Shown: piece by piece, positions 18,787-29,252 of the stretch
Layout of the letters: every line of letters begins with the position of its first letter
How positions within the stretch are numbered: position 1 is the stretch's first letter
From: Methylotenera sp.
Lineage (GTDB): Bacteria; Pseudomonadota; Gammaproteobacteria; Burkholderiales; Methylophilaceae
Direction: 5' to 3'
Assembly (NCBI GenBank): GCA_031417915.1
Contig: JANOWN010000028.1
Span: forward strand, 26,936-90,935
DNA: 64,000 bases
The notes under the pieces: generated by a model
What the model saw: the letters and a program-made list of their open reading frames with translations, nothing else
What the model was told of the DNA's origin: nothing
The model's database searches: none
Position numbers and translations under genes: made by a program

Positions 18787-20458
18787 TTTAATTGCCACCT
18801 TAGACAGCAAGATAACTAGCTCACGCTGGCGCAGCCTTAAGCTTTATAACGCTTATCGTATCGTGATTGCGCTGCTATTTTTGGCGATGCAAAACTTACT
18901 AAACAATGACGCTTGGCTTAAAAATGCAAGCGAAGACCTCTTTTCGGTATTAGCGCTTGGCTATTTTGTGTTTAGTATTATTTCGGCCGCTTTTACTTGG
19001 TTCGAAAAACCCAATATCGACATCAATCTGCCGACTCAAATCATCATTGATATTGTGTTTATTGTGCTGATGATGCATGCGCAAGATGGCAGCCAGAGCA
19101 GTATTGGTTTGCTTTTAATTATTGCCATTGCTAGCGCCAGTTTAATTAGCGAAGGCCGCTTAGCCTTATTCTATGCGGCTGTAGCCAGTATCGGTATTTT
19201 GCTTGAGCAATCCTACCGCCTCGCTTTGATCGAAAAATCTGCCAGCAGCTACACGCCGGCCGTTTTACTGTGTTTGGGCTGTTTTGCCACGGCTTGGCTA
19301 GCTTACAGCTTAGCCAAGCGTGCCAAAGAAAGTGAATTATTGGCCTCGCAACGTGGCTTAGATGTACAAAATTTGGCGCAAATTAATGCGCTGATTACCC
19401 ACGAAATGCAAGATGGCGTGCTGGTGGTGGGCGAAGACTTTCGAATCAAACATCACAATATACAGGCAGAAAAATTACTCGGAATCGATAACGCTAATCT
19501 AGATAACACCAACACTGAATCTAAAAATTGGCATGACAAGCCACTTAGCGAAGTTTCTCCTGAAATCACCAACTTGATGCAGCTTTGGCTTGAAGAAACT
19601 GAGCCGTCACACGGTTTTGTATCCACCAATAGTGCAGCGGCAAATTTTTTAAAACTTACCGCGTTATCGCGTGAACTCAGGCTTCGATTTTTGCCTATTT
19701 CAGAAAAACGAACGCCTGATAGCCGTAAACAGGGCGCGGTGATATTTATTTCAGATTGGTCACAAATGCAAACGCAAGCGCACCAAGTAAAACTGGCCGC
19801 GCTGGGTCGATTAACAGCCAATATTGCGCACGAAATTCGCAACCCGCTTAGCGCGATTAGTCACGCTACCCAACTATTGCAAGAAGACGACACCGACCCA
19901 GGCACCAAGCGCATGCTACAAATCATTGGTGACAATGTGCAACGCGTGGATCAAATTATTAAGGATGTGTTAGAGCTGAATCGGCGCGATCGCACCAATC
20001 AAGAAATGTTACATTTAGAAAATTTTATTCAGGATTTCTATACCCAATTTTGCGCGGTAGAAAAAATCCCCGAAACTTGTTTTAAACTCACACTGATCAA
20101 TTCCGATACGCTTATTTCTTTTGACCGCAGGCATTTGAATCAAATTTTGTGGAACCTGTGTAAAAATGGCTGGCGTCACTGTCAAAAATTAGAAAATAGC
20201 CTAGAATTAGCGCTAGCTTTGACTGGAAACACAAAAACCGTGCATATCGAAATTAACGATGATGGTGAGGGCGTGCCTGAAAGCGTGCGCAGCCACTTAT
20301 TTGAGCCTTTTTTTACTACCGAGAAATCTGGCACTGGGCTTGGCCTTTATATTGCGCGCGAATTGGCCGACGCCAATGGCGCAAAATTGCTTTATAAAAC
20401 ACTAGATCTGGAAAAAGAAACTGGCTCACAATTTATCATGCACGTCAAAAGGGCTTAA
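18776..20458 (+). CDS. pilS: Sensor histidine kinase PilS
   Basis: 6 TM segments, LGRLTANIAHEIRNPL, FEPFFTT and GTGLGL motifs. Confidence 0.88.
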   Translation: MAIDLIATLDSKITSSRWRSLKLYNAYRIVIALLFLAMQNLLNNDAWLKNASEDLFSVLALGYFVFSIISAAFTWFEKPNIDINLPTQIIIDIVFIVLMMHAQDGSQSSIGLLLIIAIASASLISEGRLALFYAAVASIGILLEQSYRLALIEKSASSYTPAVLLCLGCFATAWLAYSLAKRAKESELLASQRGLDVQNLAQINALITHEMQDGVLVVGEDFRIKHHNIQAEKLLGIDNANLDNTNTESKNWHDKPLSEVSPEITNLMQLWLEETEPSHGFVSTNSAAANFLKLTALSRELRLRFLPISEKRTPDSRKQGAVIFISDWSQMQTQAHQVKLAALGRLTANIAHEIRNPLSAISHATQLLQEDDTDPGTKRMLQIIGDNVQRVDQIIKDVLELNRRDRTNQEMLHLENFIQDFYTQFCAVEKIPETCFKLTLINSDTLISFDRRHLNQILWNLCKNGWRHCQKLENSLELALALTGNTKTVHIEINDDGEGVPESVRSHLFEPFFTTEKSGTGLGLYIARELADANGAKLLYKTLDLEKETGSQFIMHVKRA

Positions 20459-21864
20459 TGTTAATGGCACAGTTTAATTGCTTGGTAGTGGATGACGAAA
20501 CCGATATTCGTGAGCTAGTGGTATTGACGCTAGAGCGCATGGATATTAGGGCGGACAGTGCAGGCAACGTAGAAGAAGCCAAAGAAATGTTAAGCAAGCG
20601 CAGCTATAATTTGTGCCTCACCGATATGCGTTTGCCCGATGGTTTGGGCTTAGATTTAGTCGAGCATATTTCGGCCAATTACGCTGGCTTACCTGTGGCA
20701 GTTATTACCGCTTACGGCAGCGCTGAGAACGCCGTTTCTGCCTTAAAAGCAGGTGCGTTTGATTATTTAACCAAGCCGATTTCGCTTAAGCAGTTGCGGC
20801 CGTTGGTGGAATCTGCGCTTAAGCTTTCCAGCTCCGACGTGAAAGACACCCAAAATACCATTGATTTAATTGGCAGCTCGCCAGCCATCGATTACGTGCG
20901 CACCATGATAGAAAAGCTGGCGCGTAGCCAAGCGCCCGTTTACATCAGCGGCGAATCTGGCAGTGGTAAAGAACTTGCTGCGCGCCTAATTCACAGCAAC
21001 AGCTCGCGCCGTGATAAAGCTTTCATTGCAGTCAACTGCGGCGCGATACCAGAAAATTTGATGGAAAGTGAATTTTTTGGCTACAAAAAAGGGGCGTTCA
21101 CTGGCGCCGCGCAAGATACCATCGGCTTATTTCAAGCTGCCAATGGCGGAACACTTTTCTTAGACGAAGTCGCTGATTTGCCACTGGCGATGCAGGTCAA
21201 ATTATTGCGCGCGATTCAAGAGAAAAAAGTGCGCACGGTGGGTGGCACGGCGGAAGAAGCGGTGGATGCGCGCATTATTAGCGCGACGCACAAAAACCTG
21301 AGCACCTTAATGGCGCAAGGATTATTTAGGCAAGATTTATACTACCGCCTGAATGTGATTCAACTCAAAATGCCTGCATTAAGAGACAGGCCAGAAGATA
21401 TTCCTGAGCTCACGCAAAAGTTGTTGCAAAAACTCTGTCAGTCACAATCCATTGAGGTGCCCTTGCTGGAAGATAGTGCCAATAAGCTTATTTCTGAGCT
21501 GCATTTTGCTGGCAATGTGCGCGAGCTAGAAAACATGCTGGAACGTGCACTAGCCTTGTGTGATGGCAAAAAAATCGACGCGGATGATTTATTTATGGGC
21601 GAAGAAGTGACAGCCAGCGCACATAAAAATAAAAACGAGGGTGAAGAAAATCACTTTAACCCCAGCAAAACTTTAGAAATCGGTTTGCCAGAATATTTGG
21701 AAGATATCGAAAAGCGTGCGATTTTGAAGGCTCTAGAAAAAGCCAATAACAACAAAACAGCGGCGGCAAAATTGTTGGGCGTAAGTTTTAGAACGCTCAG
21801 ATATCGATTAACTAAGTTGGGTTTAGCTAAAGAAGATGAAGCGGATTTAGAAGAAGAAGACTAA
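20458..21864 (+). CDS. pilR: Sigma54-dependent response regulator PilR
   Basis: Receiver domain, GESGSGKE, GAFTGA, Fis-type HTH. Confidence 0.9.
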   Translation: MLMAQFNCLVVDDETDIRELVVLTLERMDIRADSAGNVEEAKEMLSKRSYNLCLTDMRLPDGLGLDLVEHISANYAGLPVAVITAYGSAENAVSALKAGAFDYLTKPISLKQLRPLVESALKLSSSDVKDTQNTIDLIGSSPAIDYVRTMIEKLARSQAPVYISGESGSGKELAARLIHSNSSRRDKAFIAVNCGAIPENLMESEFFGYKKGAFTGAAQDTIGLFQAANGGTLFLDEVADLPLAMQVKLLRAIQEKKVRTVGGTAEEAVDARIISATHKNLSTLMAQGLFRQDLYYRLNVIQLKMPALRDRPEDIPELTQKLLQKLCQSQSIEVPLLEDSANKLISELHFAGNVRELENMLERALALCDGKKIDADDLFMGEEVTASAHKNKNEGEENHFNPSKTLEIGLPEYLEDIEKRAILKALEKANNNKTAAAKLLGVSFRTLRYRLTKLGLAKEDEADLEEED

Positions 21865-21879
21865 AAATATTAAAAGCAG

Positions 21880-21913
21880 ATGCTCTGCAGACCAATATCC
21901 ATGCGGCCTGCAA
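21880..21913 (+). repeat. Intergenic AATATCCATGC-loop hairpin
   Basis: ATGCTCTGCAGACC-AATATCCATGC-GGCCTGCAAG between convergent genes. Confidence 0.85.
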
Positions 21914-21918
21914 GTCTG

Positions 21919-21941
21919 CACTGGAATGCTTTAGTCCAGTG
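21919..21941. repeat. Companion hairpin (also present degraded at 52385-52409)
   Basis: CACTGGA-N9-TCCAGTG; reverse complement of 21914-21934 matches 52394-52414 at 19/21. Confidence 0.6.
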
Positions 21942-21960
21942 GACTTATTAAAAAGCTAGA

Positions 21961-22962
21961 TTATAATAAAACAATGGCTAAATAAGTCACGTATAAAGCG
22001 CCGTTCACCAACATATGCCACACTTTAATTCCGCCTTTGGCCACTAAATAACGTATCCAAAACGCCGCAATTAAGGTAATTGCGATGCCCCAAACCACCT
22101 CTTTACGCGGCTCCCACGGCGTGAGCATAATACCGATGGCGGGCAGTAATGTGCCTTGAAATACCATGGCGCCGGTAATATTGCCAAACGCCAGCGTATC
22201 TTTGCCTTTGCGAATCCACAAAATACTGTTCACTTTTTCGGGCAATTCTGTGGCGATTGGGATAATCAACAATGATAGCAATAAAGCAGAAATGCCGATA
22301 ATTTGAGCAGCCGCCTCAACGCCGTGAATAAAGCCTTTTGCGCCCGCTACCAGCAAGGCTAAACCCAGAAATAGCTGAATCACAATCACGGCCATATTGT
22401 TTGGCAAACCCAATTTGCACAAAAACATGTCGCTGCCCGCTTCGGTCACGTGACCATCATCCACCAACGCTTTAGATGCGCGCAATGTCATCATCACGTA
22501 AACGAAATAAATCATCACCATGCAAGCGCCAATGCCATAGCGCACTGCAACCAAGGTATGCGGCACAAACATAGCGACGGCAGCGAAAGTAAAAGCAATT
22601 AGAAAAAAGTTAATATCGCGTACTAAACCTGTGCGCTCTGGGCGAAGATGCCCTTGTATGCCACGACGTTTCCATACCGATATCGCCATTAAGCAAATAG
22701 AAAGCGTGGCCAGCATCAAAGGCGCGCCTAATATAGCGCCTACGCCAATCTCTTCGTTGGTCGCCAAATTTTGCGTGCCCGCTAGTAGCGCCAATAATGG
22801 CACCATGGTTTCTGGTAGCGCTGTACCTACAGCTGCAAATAGCGAGCCAGTCACACCTTCTGAAATGCCAAGTTTTTCGCCCAAATGCTCAAGCGCGTTG
22901 GTAAACACCTCCGCTGCAATTAAAATAACCACCAACATCGCCAAAAGCTGCACAAATACCAT
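21961..22962 (-). CDS. Sodium:calcium antiporter (CaCA family)
   Basis: Two alpha-repeats GTALPE and ATELPE, GNITG; start at ATG 22962. Confidence 0.88.
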   Translation of the reverse strand: MVFVQLLAMLVVILIAAEVFTNALEHLGEKLGISEGVTGSLFAAVGTALPETMVPLLALLAGTQNLATNEEIGVGAILGAPLMLATLSICLMAISVWKRRGIQGHLRPERTGLVRDINFFLIAFTFAAVAMFVPHTLVAVRYGIGACMVMIYFVYVMMTLRASKALVDDGHVTEAGSDMFLCKLGLPNNMAVIVIQLFLGLALLVAGAKGFIHGVEAAAQIIGISALLLSLLIIPIATELPEKVNSILWIRKGKDTLAFGNITGAMVFQGTLLPAIGIMLTPWEPRKEVVWGIAITLIAAFWIRYLVAKGGIKVWHMLVNGALYVTYLAIVLL

Positions 22963-23026
22963 GAATTTACCTTTACAATAAACTACTTGAATAAGGTCAA
23001 TTTTAGCCGATAACATCACAACTTGC

Positions 23027-23578
23027 ATGGCAAACCCAAAATTAAAAATTCAGCCATTAAAGTTAAATGCTGCTGGCTATGTGAAATCTGCCAAGCAAAT
23101 TGCCTCACCAAACTTTGATGCAAGACCTGAGAACAAAAAAATTGATTTAATTGTGATTCATAACATCAGCCTGCCACCTAATATCTATGGGGGTGCTGGC
23201 GTAGAGCAATTATTTACCAATCAGCTTAATCCGAGCGAACATCCTTATTATGCGGAGATTCACACCCGCAAAGTCTCGTCGCACTTTTTCATTCGGCGCG
23301 ATGGCGAACTGATACAATTTGTGTCGTGCCTTCAGCGCGCTTGGCATGCGGGCGTTTCTAGTTGGCAAGGCCGTGAACGTTGTAACGATTTCTCAGTCGG
23401 AATAGAGCTGGAAGGCAGTGATTTTGAGGCATTTGAGCCTGCACAGTACAAAACACTTACTTTATTACTAAAAGCTTTAAAAAAGACTTATCCGATTCAA
23501 CATATTGTAGGGCATTCAGACATCGCGCCAGGCCGTAAAACCGACCCTGGCCCTTATTTTGAGTGGGCCAAAATTTAA
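23027..23578 (+). CDS. ampD: 1,6-anhydro-N-acetylmuramyl-L-alanine amidase
   Basis: IVIHNISLPP, RAWHAGVS, CNDFSVGIELEG and HSDIAPGRKTDPG motifs. Confidence 0.96.
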   Translation: MANPKLKIQPLKLNAAGYVKSAKQIASPNFDARPENKKIDLIVIHNISLPPNIYGGAGVEQLFTNQLNPSEHPYYAEIHTRKVSSHFFIRRDGELIQFVSCLQRAWHAGVSSWQGRERCNDFSVGIELEGSDFEAFEPAQYKTLTLLLKALKKTYPIQHIVGHSDIAPGRKTDPGPYFEWAKI

Positions 23579-23595
23579 AGACAGTTATCTAAAAA

Positions 23596-24705
23596 TTGAA
23601 AAAGTTAAACATGCAAAAAATCACTGCTTATTTCTTCATTTGCCTGCTTGCCTTGCTGCTAGCGGCCTGCGGCGCATCTAATGATAAATCCGCAGAAAAA
23701 GATGGCGAGAAAAAAGGTCAAAAACCAACACTGGTCACCGTCACGCAAGTTAAAAACCAAGCCATTGAAACGACTGAAGTGACGATTGGCTCGCTAGAAG
23801 GTTTGATCAACCCAACTGTGGCGGCGGAAGTCGCTGCGCGCGTACTGAAATTTCACGTGACGACGGGCGAGCAAGTGAAGCAAGGCCAATTAATTGCTAC
23901 CCTAGACGCGGCTGATTTTGGTATGCAGCGCAACGAGCAACAAGCAGAAATCGCCCGTATTCAAGCGCAGATTGACAACCAAGCCAAAACTGTTGCACGC
24001 AACCAAACCTTGGTAGATAAACATTTTATTTCGCAAAATGCCGTGGATAACGATATTGCACAACAAAAAGTCTTGCAACAGCAACTTGCAGCCGCGCAAG
24101 CACGCGCTAGCAGCATTAACCACGATAGTAGTAAAACCCGCGTCGTCTCGCCTGTCAGCGGCGTTGTTGAAAAACGTTTGGTGAGCCAAGGCGAATTTGT
24201 GCGCATTGGCGACCCAATCGTACAAATTGTTTCTAAGCAAAAATTACGCGCGCACTTGCCTTTTCCCGAACAAATTGCCGCGCAATTAAAGGCGGGCTTA
24301 AAAGTACGCCTAAGCACGCCAACCAGCGATAAAGCGGTAGAAACCACTATTCACGAGCTTAAACCGATGGTCACAGAAGGCAGCCGCAGCATCGATATCA
24401 TTGCCGATATTGCTGAAGGTGCGCCAGGTTGGCAACCTGGCGCTAGCGTAACTGGCACCGTCATTTTGGGCGAACAAGCCGCTGCCTTGATGATACCCGA
24501 ACAAAGTTTGGTGCTGCGCCCAGCTGGTGAAGTGGTTTATGTGGTACGCGACAACGTGGCTTACCAAGCTGTTGTTAAAACTGGTGCGCGCCAAAATGGT
24601 TTAATTGAACTAATAGAAGGCTTGCAACCAAATGAAATGATTGTGGTGGATGGCGCAGGCTTTTTAACCGACAAAGCGCCAGTTAGCATTCAGCAGGCCA
24701 AATAA
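23596..24705 (+). CDS. RND efflux periplasmic adaptor (MFP), lipoprotein
   Basis: LAAC lipobox, biotinyl-like V-x2-G-x-LIATLD, SPVSG, IPEQSL. Confidence 0.92.
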   Translation: MKKLNMQKITAYFFICLLALLLAACGASNDKSAEKDGEKKGQKPTLVTVTQVKNQAIETTEVTIGSLEGLINPTVAAEVAARVLKFHVTTGEQVKQGQLIATLDAADFGMQRNEQQAEIARIQAQIDNQAKTVARNQTLVDKHFISQNAVDNDIAQQKVLQQQLAAAQARASSINHDSSKTRVVSPVSGVVEKRLVSQGEFVRIGDPIVQIVSKQKLRAHLPFPEQIAAQLKAGLKVRLSTPTSDKAVETTIHELKPMVTEGSRSIDIIADIAEGAPGWQPGASVTGTVILGEQAAALMIPEQSLVLRPAGEVVYVVRDNVAYQAVVKTGARQNGLIELIEGLQPNEMIVVDGAGFLTDKAPVSIQQAK

Positions 24706-27700
24706 TGTCATTACCTGAACTATCGATTAAACGCCATGTACTCGCTTGGATGCTATCTGGCGTCATCATCTTATTTGGCTTAATCGCCTATCAACGCATT
24801 GGCATAGATCGCATTCCATCGATTGATTTTCCCGTCATTATGGTCACCACTACGCTACGCGGCGCTGATCCTGATGTGGTGGACACATCAATCACGAGCG
24901 TTATCGAATCCGCCATCAACACCACACCTGGCATCGATCACATTCAATCCGCCTCTTCGCCCGGCGTTTCTAACGTCACGATTACGTTTGCGCTGGGCAA
25001 GGATATTGATGTGGCCTATAACGAGGTGCAAGCCAAGGTAAATCAAGTGTTGCGCCGCCTGCCGACAGACACCGACCCGCCCACCGTACAAAAAGTAGAT
25101 ACCAACGCATCCCCAGTGATTTGGCTGGCACTAAGCGGCGATCGCACCATTCAGCAACTCAATTTATACGCTAATAACGTACTCAAGAAGAAGTTTGAAA
25201 CGATTCAAGGTGTAGGAGAGGTGCAGCTTGGTGGGAGGCGTGATCGAGTCATTCGCGTCAATGTTTCGCCCGAGCGCATGGCGGCTTACAAGCTCACGGC
25301 AGGCGATTTAATTGCCGCATTCAACCGCGAGCACGTGCAATTACCAGGCGGATTTTTAGTCAGTCAACAAGCCGAACAATTGCTTAAATTAGACCTGGAA
25401 TTTCACAATGTAAAAGATCTTGCCAATTTAGTCGTCGTTACAAAAGCGGGTGCGCCCATCTATTTAAAAGACGTCGCTACCATTGAAGATGGCATCACAG
25501 ACAATCGCCAAGTGGCGCGCTATAACGGCAAACCCACAGTAGGCATTGGCATGGTAAAAATTGCCAATGCCAACACGGTAGAAATTATTAACGAAGTTTT
25601 ACGAAAATTAGAAACGGAAGTGCGCCCCAATTTGCCGCCCGGCATGACGTTAGAAATTTCTACTAATGATTCCACTTTTATCAATCAAATGGTCGCAGGA
25701 TTAAAAGAACATTTGATAGAAGGCACACTGTTTGCCGCGCTTATCGTGCTCATTTTTATGCGCTCTTTTAGCTCAACTTTAATGATTTGCTTAGAAATTC
25801 CAGTTTCGCTGTTAGGCGCCATTGCGGTGATGTATTTTTCTGGCTACACCTTTAACAGCATGACGCTGCTAGCCTTGCTGCTGCTGATTGGTGTGGTGGT
25901 AGATGACGCCATAGTGGTGCGAGAGAGCATTTTGCGCCACATGTCGGGCGAAGTTGGTATTGGGCTAAAAAACCTTAATTTAAATGACAAACACTCTGTC
26001 GCAGCCTATCGCGTCCGCACCACCATTGATGGTAGCAACGAAGTGGTATTCGCGGTGCTGGCTTCATCGCTGTCGCTGGTGTGCATCTTCGCGCCAGTGA
26101 TTTTTATGGATGGCGTCATCGGCATGTTTTTCAAATCCTTCGCCGTGGTCGTCACTTTCGGCGTGCTGGTTTCGCTATTTGTTTCGCTCACACTTACGCC
26201 GATGTTATGTTCGCGTTATTTAAGCGTGACGCATAAAGAAAATGCAATTTACCGCTTTTTTGGTCGTGGTTTAGCCAGCTTAGATAATGTGTACAAAAAA
26301 CTACTGCATTTTTCTCTTACTCACCGTGGTTTAGTATTGCTAATCACCGCCTTATTCGTAGGCTTGAGCGGTTATTACACGCTCAAAAATGTCGATAAAG
26401 ACTTTGTGCCAGAAACCGACGAAGGCAGCTTTACGATTAGCATTAAAACGCCTTTGGGTTCGAGCTTGGAATACACCGATTCGCGCATGAAATTGGTTGA
26501 AGCCATGCTTGCCAGCCACAAGGATGAAGTGGCGAGTTATTATGCCAGCATTGGCGGCGGCTCTCGCGGGCAGGTTAATCAAGGCAATGTTAATGTACGC
26601 TTAAAACCCAAAGCAGATCGCGAAAAAAGCCAACAAACACTCACCAAAGAACTTAGAAAAGAGTTCGAAAGTATTCCTGGCGTGCGCGCTATTCCGTCGC
26701 CCACTTCCATCATTCGCGGCCAACGTTCTGAGAAATTGCAGTTCAACCTGACAGGCGCGAATTTACAAGAGATTGGCCGTATTTCAGCTGAACTGCAACG
26801 CGCCTTAAGCGCTGAAGCCGATATCGGCAAAGTCGATGTCGATGTACAGCTGGATTTACCGCAACTAGACATTAAAATTGACCGCGTGCGTGCAGCGAAT
26901 CTTGGCCTAACGGCAAGTGACATCGCGACGGCGGTCTCGCTGTACGCAGGCGGCATCAATGTGGCCAAATACAACGACAGCACGAGCGATGGCCAACGTT
27001 ACGACATTCGCCTGAAAACCAGCGAGGACGCGCTTAAACACACCGCCGATTTAAAACAAATTTATTTACGCAGCAATAGTGGCGAGCTAATACGGCTAGA
27101 CGCAGTTGCCAGCTTTAAACCCGTGCTGGGCGCTGCCGTGATTGGCCGTTACGATTTGCAATATGCAGTGAATTTTTATGCGAATCCAAATGTGCCGCTG
27201 GGCGAAGCGATAGATTTGGTGAATGAAACCACCGCCAAACTGGTGCCGCCAAGTTACAAAGTGAAGTTTACTGGCCAAGCCGAAGAATTGGGCAAAACCA
27301 TGAAGAATATGACCTTTGTATTTTCACTCGCTTTTGTACTGCTTTACATGGTGCTGGCCAGCCAATTTAACTCATTTATTCAACCATTTATTATCATGCT
27401 AGCACAGCCGCTGGCCATTATCGGCGGGCTTATCGCGCTGTTGCTCACTGGCAATACGCTGAATATTTTCTCCATGATAGGCTTGGTGTTGCTCATCGGC
27501 TTGGTCGCAAAAAACTCAATTCTGCTAGTCGATTTAACTAATCAGCTGCGTGAAAAAGGCGCGAGCATTAACGACGCACTGAGCGAAGCCTGCCCAATAA
27601 GACTGCGCCCTGTATTGATGACTTCACTCACCATTATTTTGGCGCTGCTGCCCGCCGCTATTGGCTTGGGCGCTGGTTCTGAAACCAACAAACCACTCTC

Positions 27701-27827
27701 GGTCGCTATTATCGGCGGCATGATTTCATCAACATTGCTCACCTTGGTGGTCGTACCAGCCGCGTATTCTTTGGTGATGAGCGCACAAGAAAAATTTAAA
27801 GCCCGAAAATTTAAATTTCAAGCTTAA
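24705..27827 (+). CDS. RND efflux permease (AcrB/AcrD/AcrF family)
   Basis: 1040 aa; VVDDAIVV, AKNSILLVD and RLRPVLMTS motifs. Confidence 0.95.
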   Translation: MSLPELSIKRHVLAWMLSGVIILFGLIAYQRIGIDRIPSIDFPVIMVTTTLRGADPDVVDTSITSVIESAINTTPGIDHIQSASSPGVSNVTITFALGKDIDVAYNEVQAKVNQVLRRLPTDTDPPTVQKVDTNASPVIWLALSGDRTIQQLNLYANNVLKKKFETIQGVGEVQLGGRRDRVIRVNVSPERMAAYKLTAGDLIAAFNREHVQLPGGFLVSQQAEQLLKLDLEFHNVKDLANLVVVTKAGAPIYLKDVATIEDGITDNRQVARYNGKPTVGIGMVKIANANTVEIINEVLRKLETEVRPNLPPGMTLEISTNDSTFINQMVAGLKEHLIEGTLFAALIVLIFMRSFSSTLMICLEIPVSLLGAIAVMYFSGYTFNSMTLLALLLLIGVVVDDAIVVRESILRHMSGEVGIGLKNLNLNDKHSVAAYRVRTTIDGSNEVVFAVLASSLSLVCIFAPVIFMDGVIGMFFKSFAVVVTFGVLVSLFVSLTLTPMLCSRYLSVTHKENAIYRFFGRGLASLDNVYKKLLHFSLTHRGLVLLITALFVGLSGYYTLKNVDKDFVPETDEGSFTISIKTPLGSSLEYTDSRMKLVEAMLASHKDEVASYYASIGGGSRGQVNQGNVNVRLKPKADREKSQQTLTKELRKEFESIPGVRAIPSPTSIIRGQRSEKLQFNLTGANLQEIGRISAELQRALSAEADIGKVDVDVQLDLPQLDIKIDRVRAANLGLTASDIATAVSLYAGGINVAKYNDSTSDGQRYDIRLKTSEDALKHTADLKQIYLRSNSGELIRLDAVASFKPVLGAAVIGRYDLQYAVNFYANPNVPLGEAIDLVNETTAKLVPPSYKVKFTGQAEELGKTMKNMTFVFSLAFVLLYMVLASQFNSFIQPFIIMLAQPLAIIGGLIALLLTGNTLNIFSMIGLVLLIGLVAKNSILLVDLTNQLREKGASINDALSEACPIRLRPVLMTSLTIILALLPAAIGLGAGSETNKPLSVAIIGGMISSTLLTLVVVPAAYSLVMSAQEKFKARKFKFQA

Positions 27828-27841
27828 ATATTTGAAAATAA

Positions 27842-27880
27842 ATGCTCTGCGAGACAATATCCATGCGGTCTGCAGGGCAT
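27842..27880 (+). repeat. Intergenic AATATCCATGC-loop hairpin
   Basis: ATGCTCTGCGAGAC-AATATCCATGC-GGTCTGCAGGGCAT between convergent genes. Confidence 0.88.
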
Positions 27881-27883
27881 GTG

Positions 27884-29119
27884 TTATTTGTTTGAAACAA
27901 GTTTTTGCACAACTAAACTGCCTATCATATCGCCTTCCACATTCACCGTGGTGCGTAGCGTATCGAGTAGCCTATCAATCGGCAGCAATATCGCAATCGC
28001 CTCGGCTGGCAAACCAACACTTTGCAGCACCATCACCATGGTGACCATGCCCGCGCTGGGAATGCCTGGCGCGCCAATGGCGGCTATCATCGCCATTAAA
28101 AATACAATGAGTTGCTGCACAAAACTCAGCTCAATGCCGACCAAATTAGCAATAAATAGCGCGGCGGCGGCCTCATAAAGAGCAGTGCCATCCATATTCA
28201 CAGTTGCGCCTAACGGCACGACAAAACCAGCAATTTCCAGTTTGACTTGCAGCGGCCCAGTGGTACAGCACATGGTAATCGGTAGCGTGGCGTTGCTGGA
28301 GCTGGTGGCGAAGGCCGTTACTAGTGCTTCGCGCGCGCCGCGCCAAAACCACAGCGGCGATCTACCTGTAATTAAATACAATAATAAAGGCAAAATGATT
28401 ACGCCGTGAATGAGCGTGGTGCTAACAACCACCGCGACAAATTTAGCCAGCGTGCCTATCATCGCCACATCTTGCGTGGCGACCAGTTTGGCCAGCAGCG
28501 CGGCGATACCAAACGGCGCCAGCACCATAATCCAGCTCACAATGCGCATGGTGATTTCTAGGCCTTCTTGCATCAGCGCGAGAATATTTTTGTAACGCTC
28601 GCCGCCCATCACCAGCGCGATGCCTAAAATAAGCGCGAATATGACCACCGCCAGCACATCGCCTTTTGCCAAAGCGGTGACCGGATTCATAAAAAGGCCG
28701 TGTAAAAATTGCGCAAAAAACTCGGGCAAGGGTAATTGTTGCGCTTTTACTTGCCCCATGGCATCGGCAAACATGTTAATTTGCATGCCTACACCAGGCT
28801 TGAAATATAGGCTGGCAGCCATGCCCAGCGTGATTGCGATGGCCATGGTAAACATAAAAAATACCATGGTAGAAATCCACACGCGGTGCATTTGCTGATG
28901 TTGGCGCAAATTGGCAATGCCGACCGCAATGGAGCAAAACACCAGCGGAATTAAAATCATTTTGAGCAAATCGATAAACAGCGTACCGATTAAGCCAAAC
29001 ACATACAAACTACCTTTTGTGAAGCCATTGTCTGCGCCAAGGCCGTGAAAATACAAACCGACCACCACGCCAAGCACTGCGCCGATTAAAATTTGAACAT
29101 TCAGGCTAGGTAGTTTCAT
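27884..29119 (-). CDS. Dicarboxylate/amino acid:cation symporter (DAACS)
   Basis: AFATSSSNATLP, GATVNMDGTALY and DRLLDTLRT motifs. Confidence 0.93.
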   Translation of the reverse strand: MKLPSLNVQILIGAVLGVVVGLYFHGLGADNGFTKGSLYVFGLIGTLFIDLLKMILIPLVFCSIAVGIANLRQHQQMHRVWISTMVFFMFTMAIAITLGMAASLYFKPGVGMQINMFADAMGQVKAQQLPLPEFFAQFLHGLFMNPVTALAKGDVLAVVIFALILGIALVMGGERYKNILALMQEGLEITMRIVSWIMVLAPFGIAALLAKLVATQDVAMIGTLAKFVAVVVSTTLIHGVIILPLLLYLITGRSPLWFWRGAREALVTAFATSSSNATLPITMCCTTGPLQVKLEIAGFVVPLGATVNMDGTALYEAAAALFIANLVGIELSFVQQLIVFLMAMIAAIGAPGIPSAGMVTMVMVLQSVGLPAEAIAILLPIDRLLDTLRTTVNVEGDMIGSLVVQKLVSNK

Positions 29120-29155
29120 GGTTCAAGACCTTTACTTAAAATATTGCCCGTGTAC

Positions 29156-29240
29156 CGTCATTCTGAGTCCAAGTTTTATTTGGGCGAAGAATCTAGTTTT
29201 TATTTCAAATACTGGATTCTTCGCTACGCTCAGAATGACG
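29156..29240. repeat. Inverted pair of CGTC-tagged REP-like units (29156-29196 and 29212-29240)
   Basis: 29212-29240 is the exact reverse complement of 1520-1548; the left unit has an expanded loop. Confidence 0.9.
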
Positions 29241-29252
29241 ATTGGGGAAATT

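Noticed and set aside
20536-20547. 12-bp core CGCATGGATATT inside pilR
   Set aside because: Flanks do not match the arms and the peptide RMDI is ordinary for a receiver domain; could be chance.
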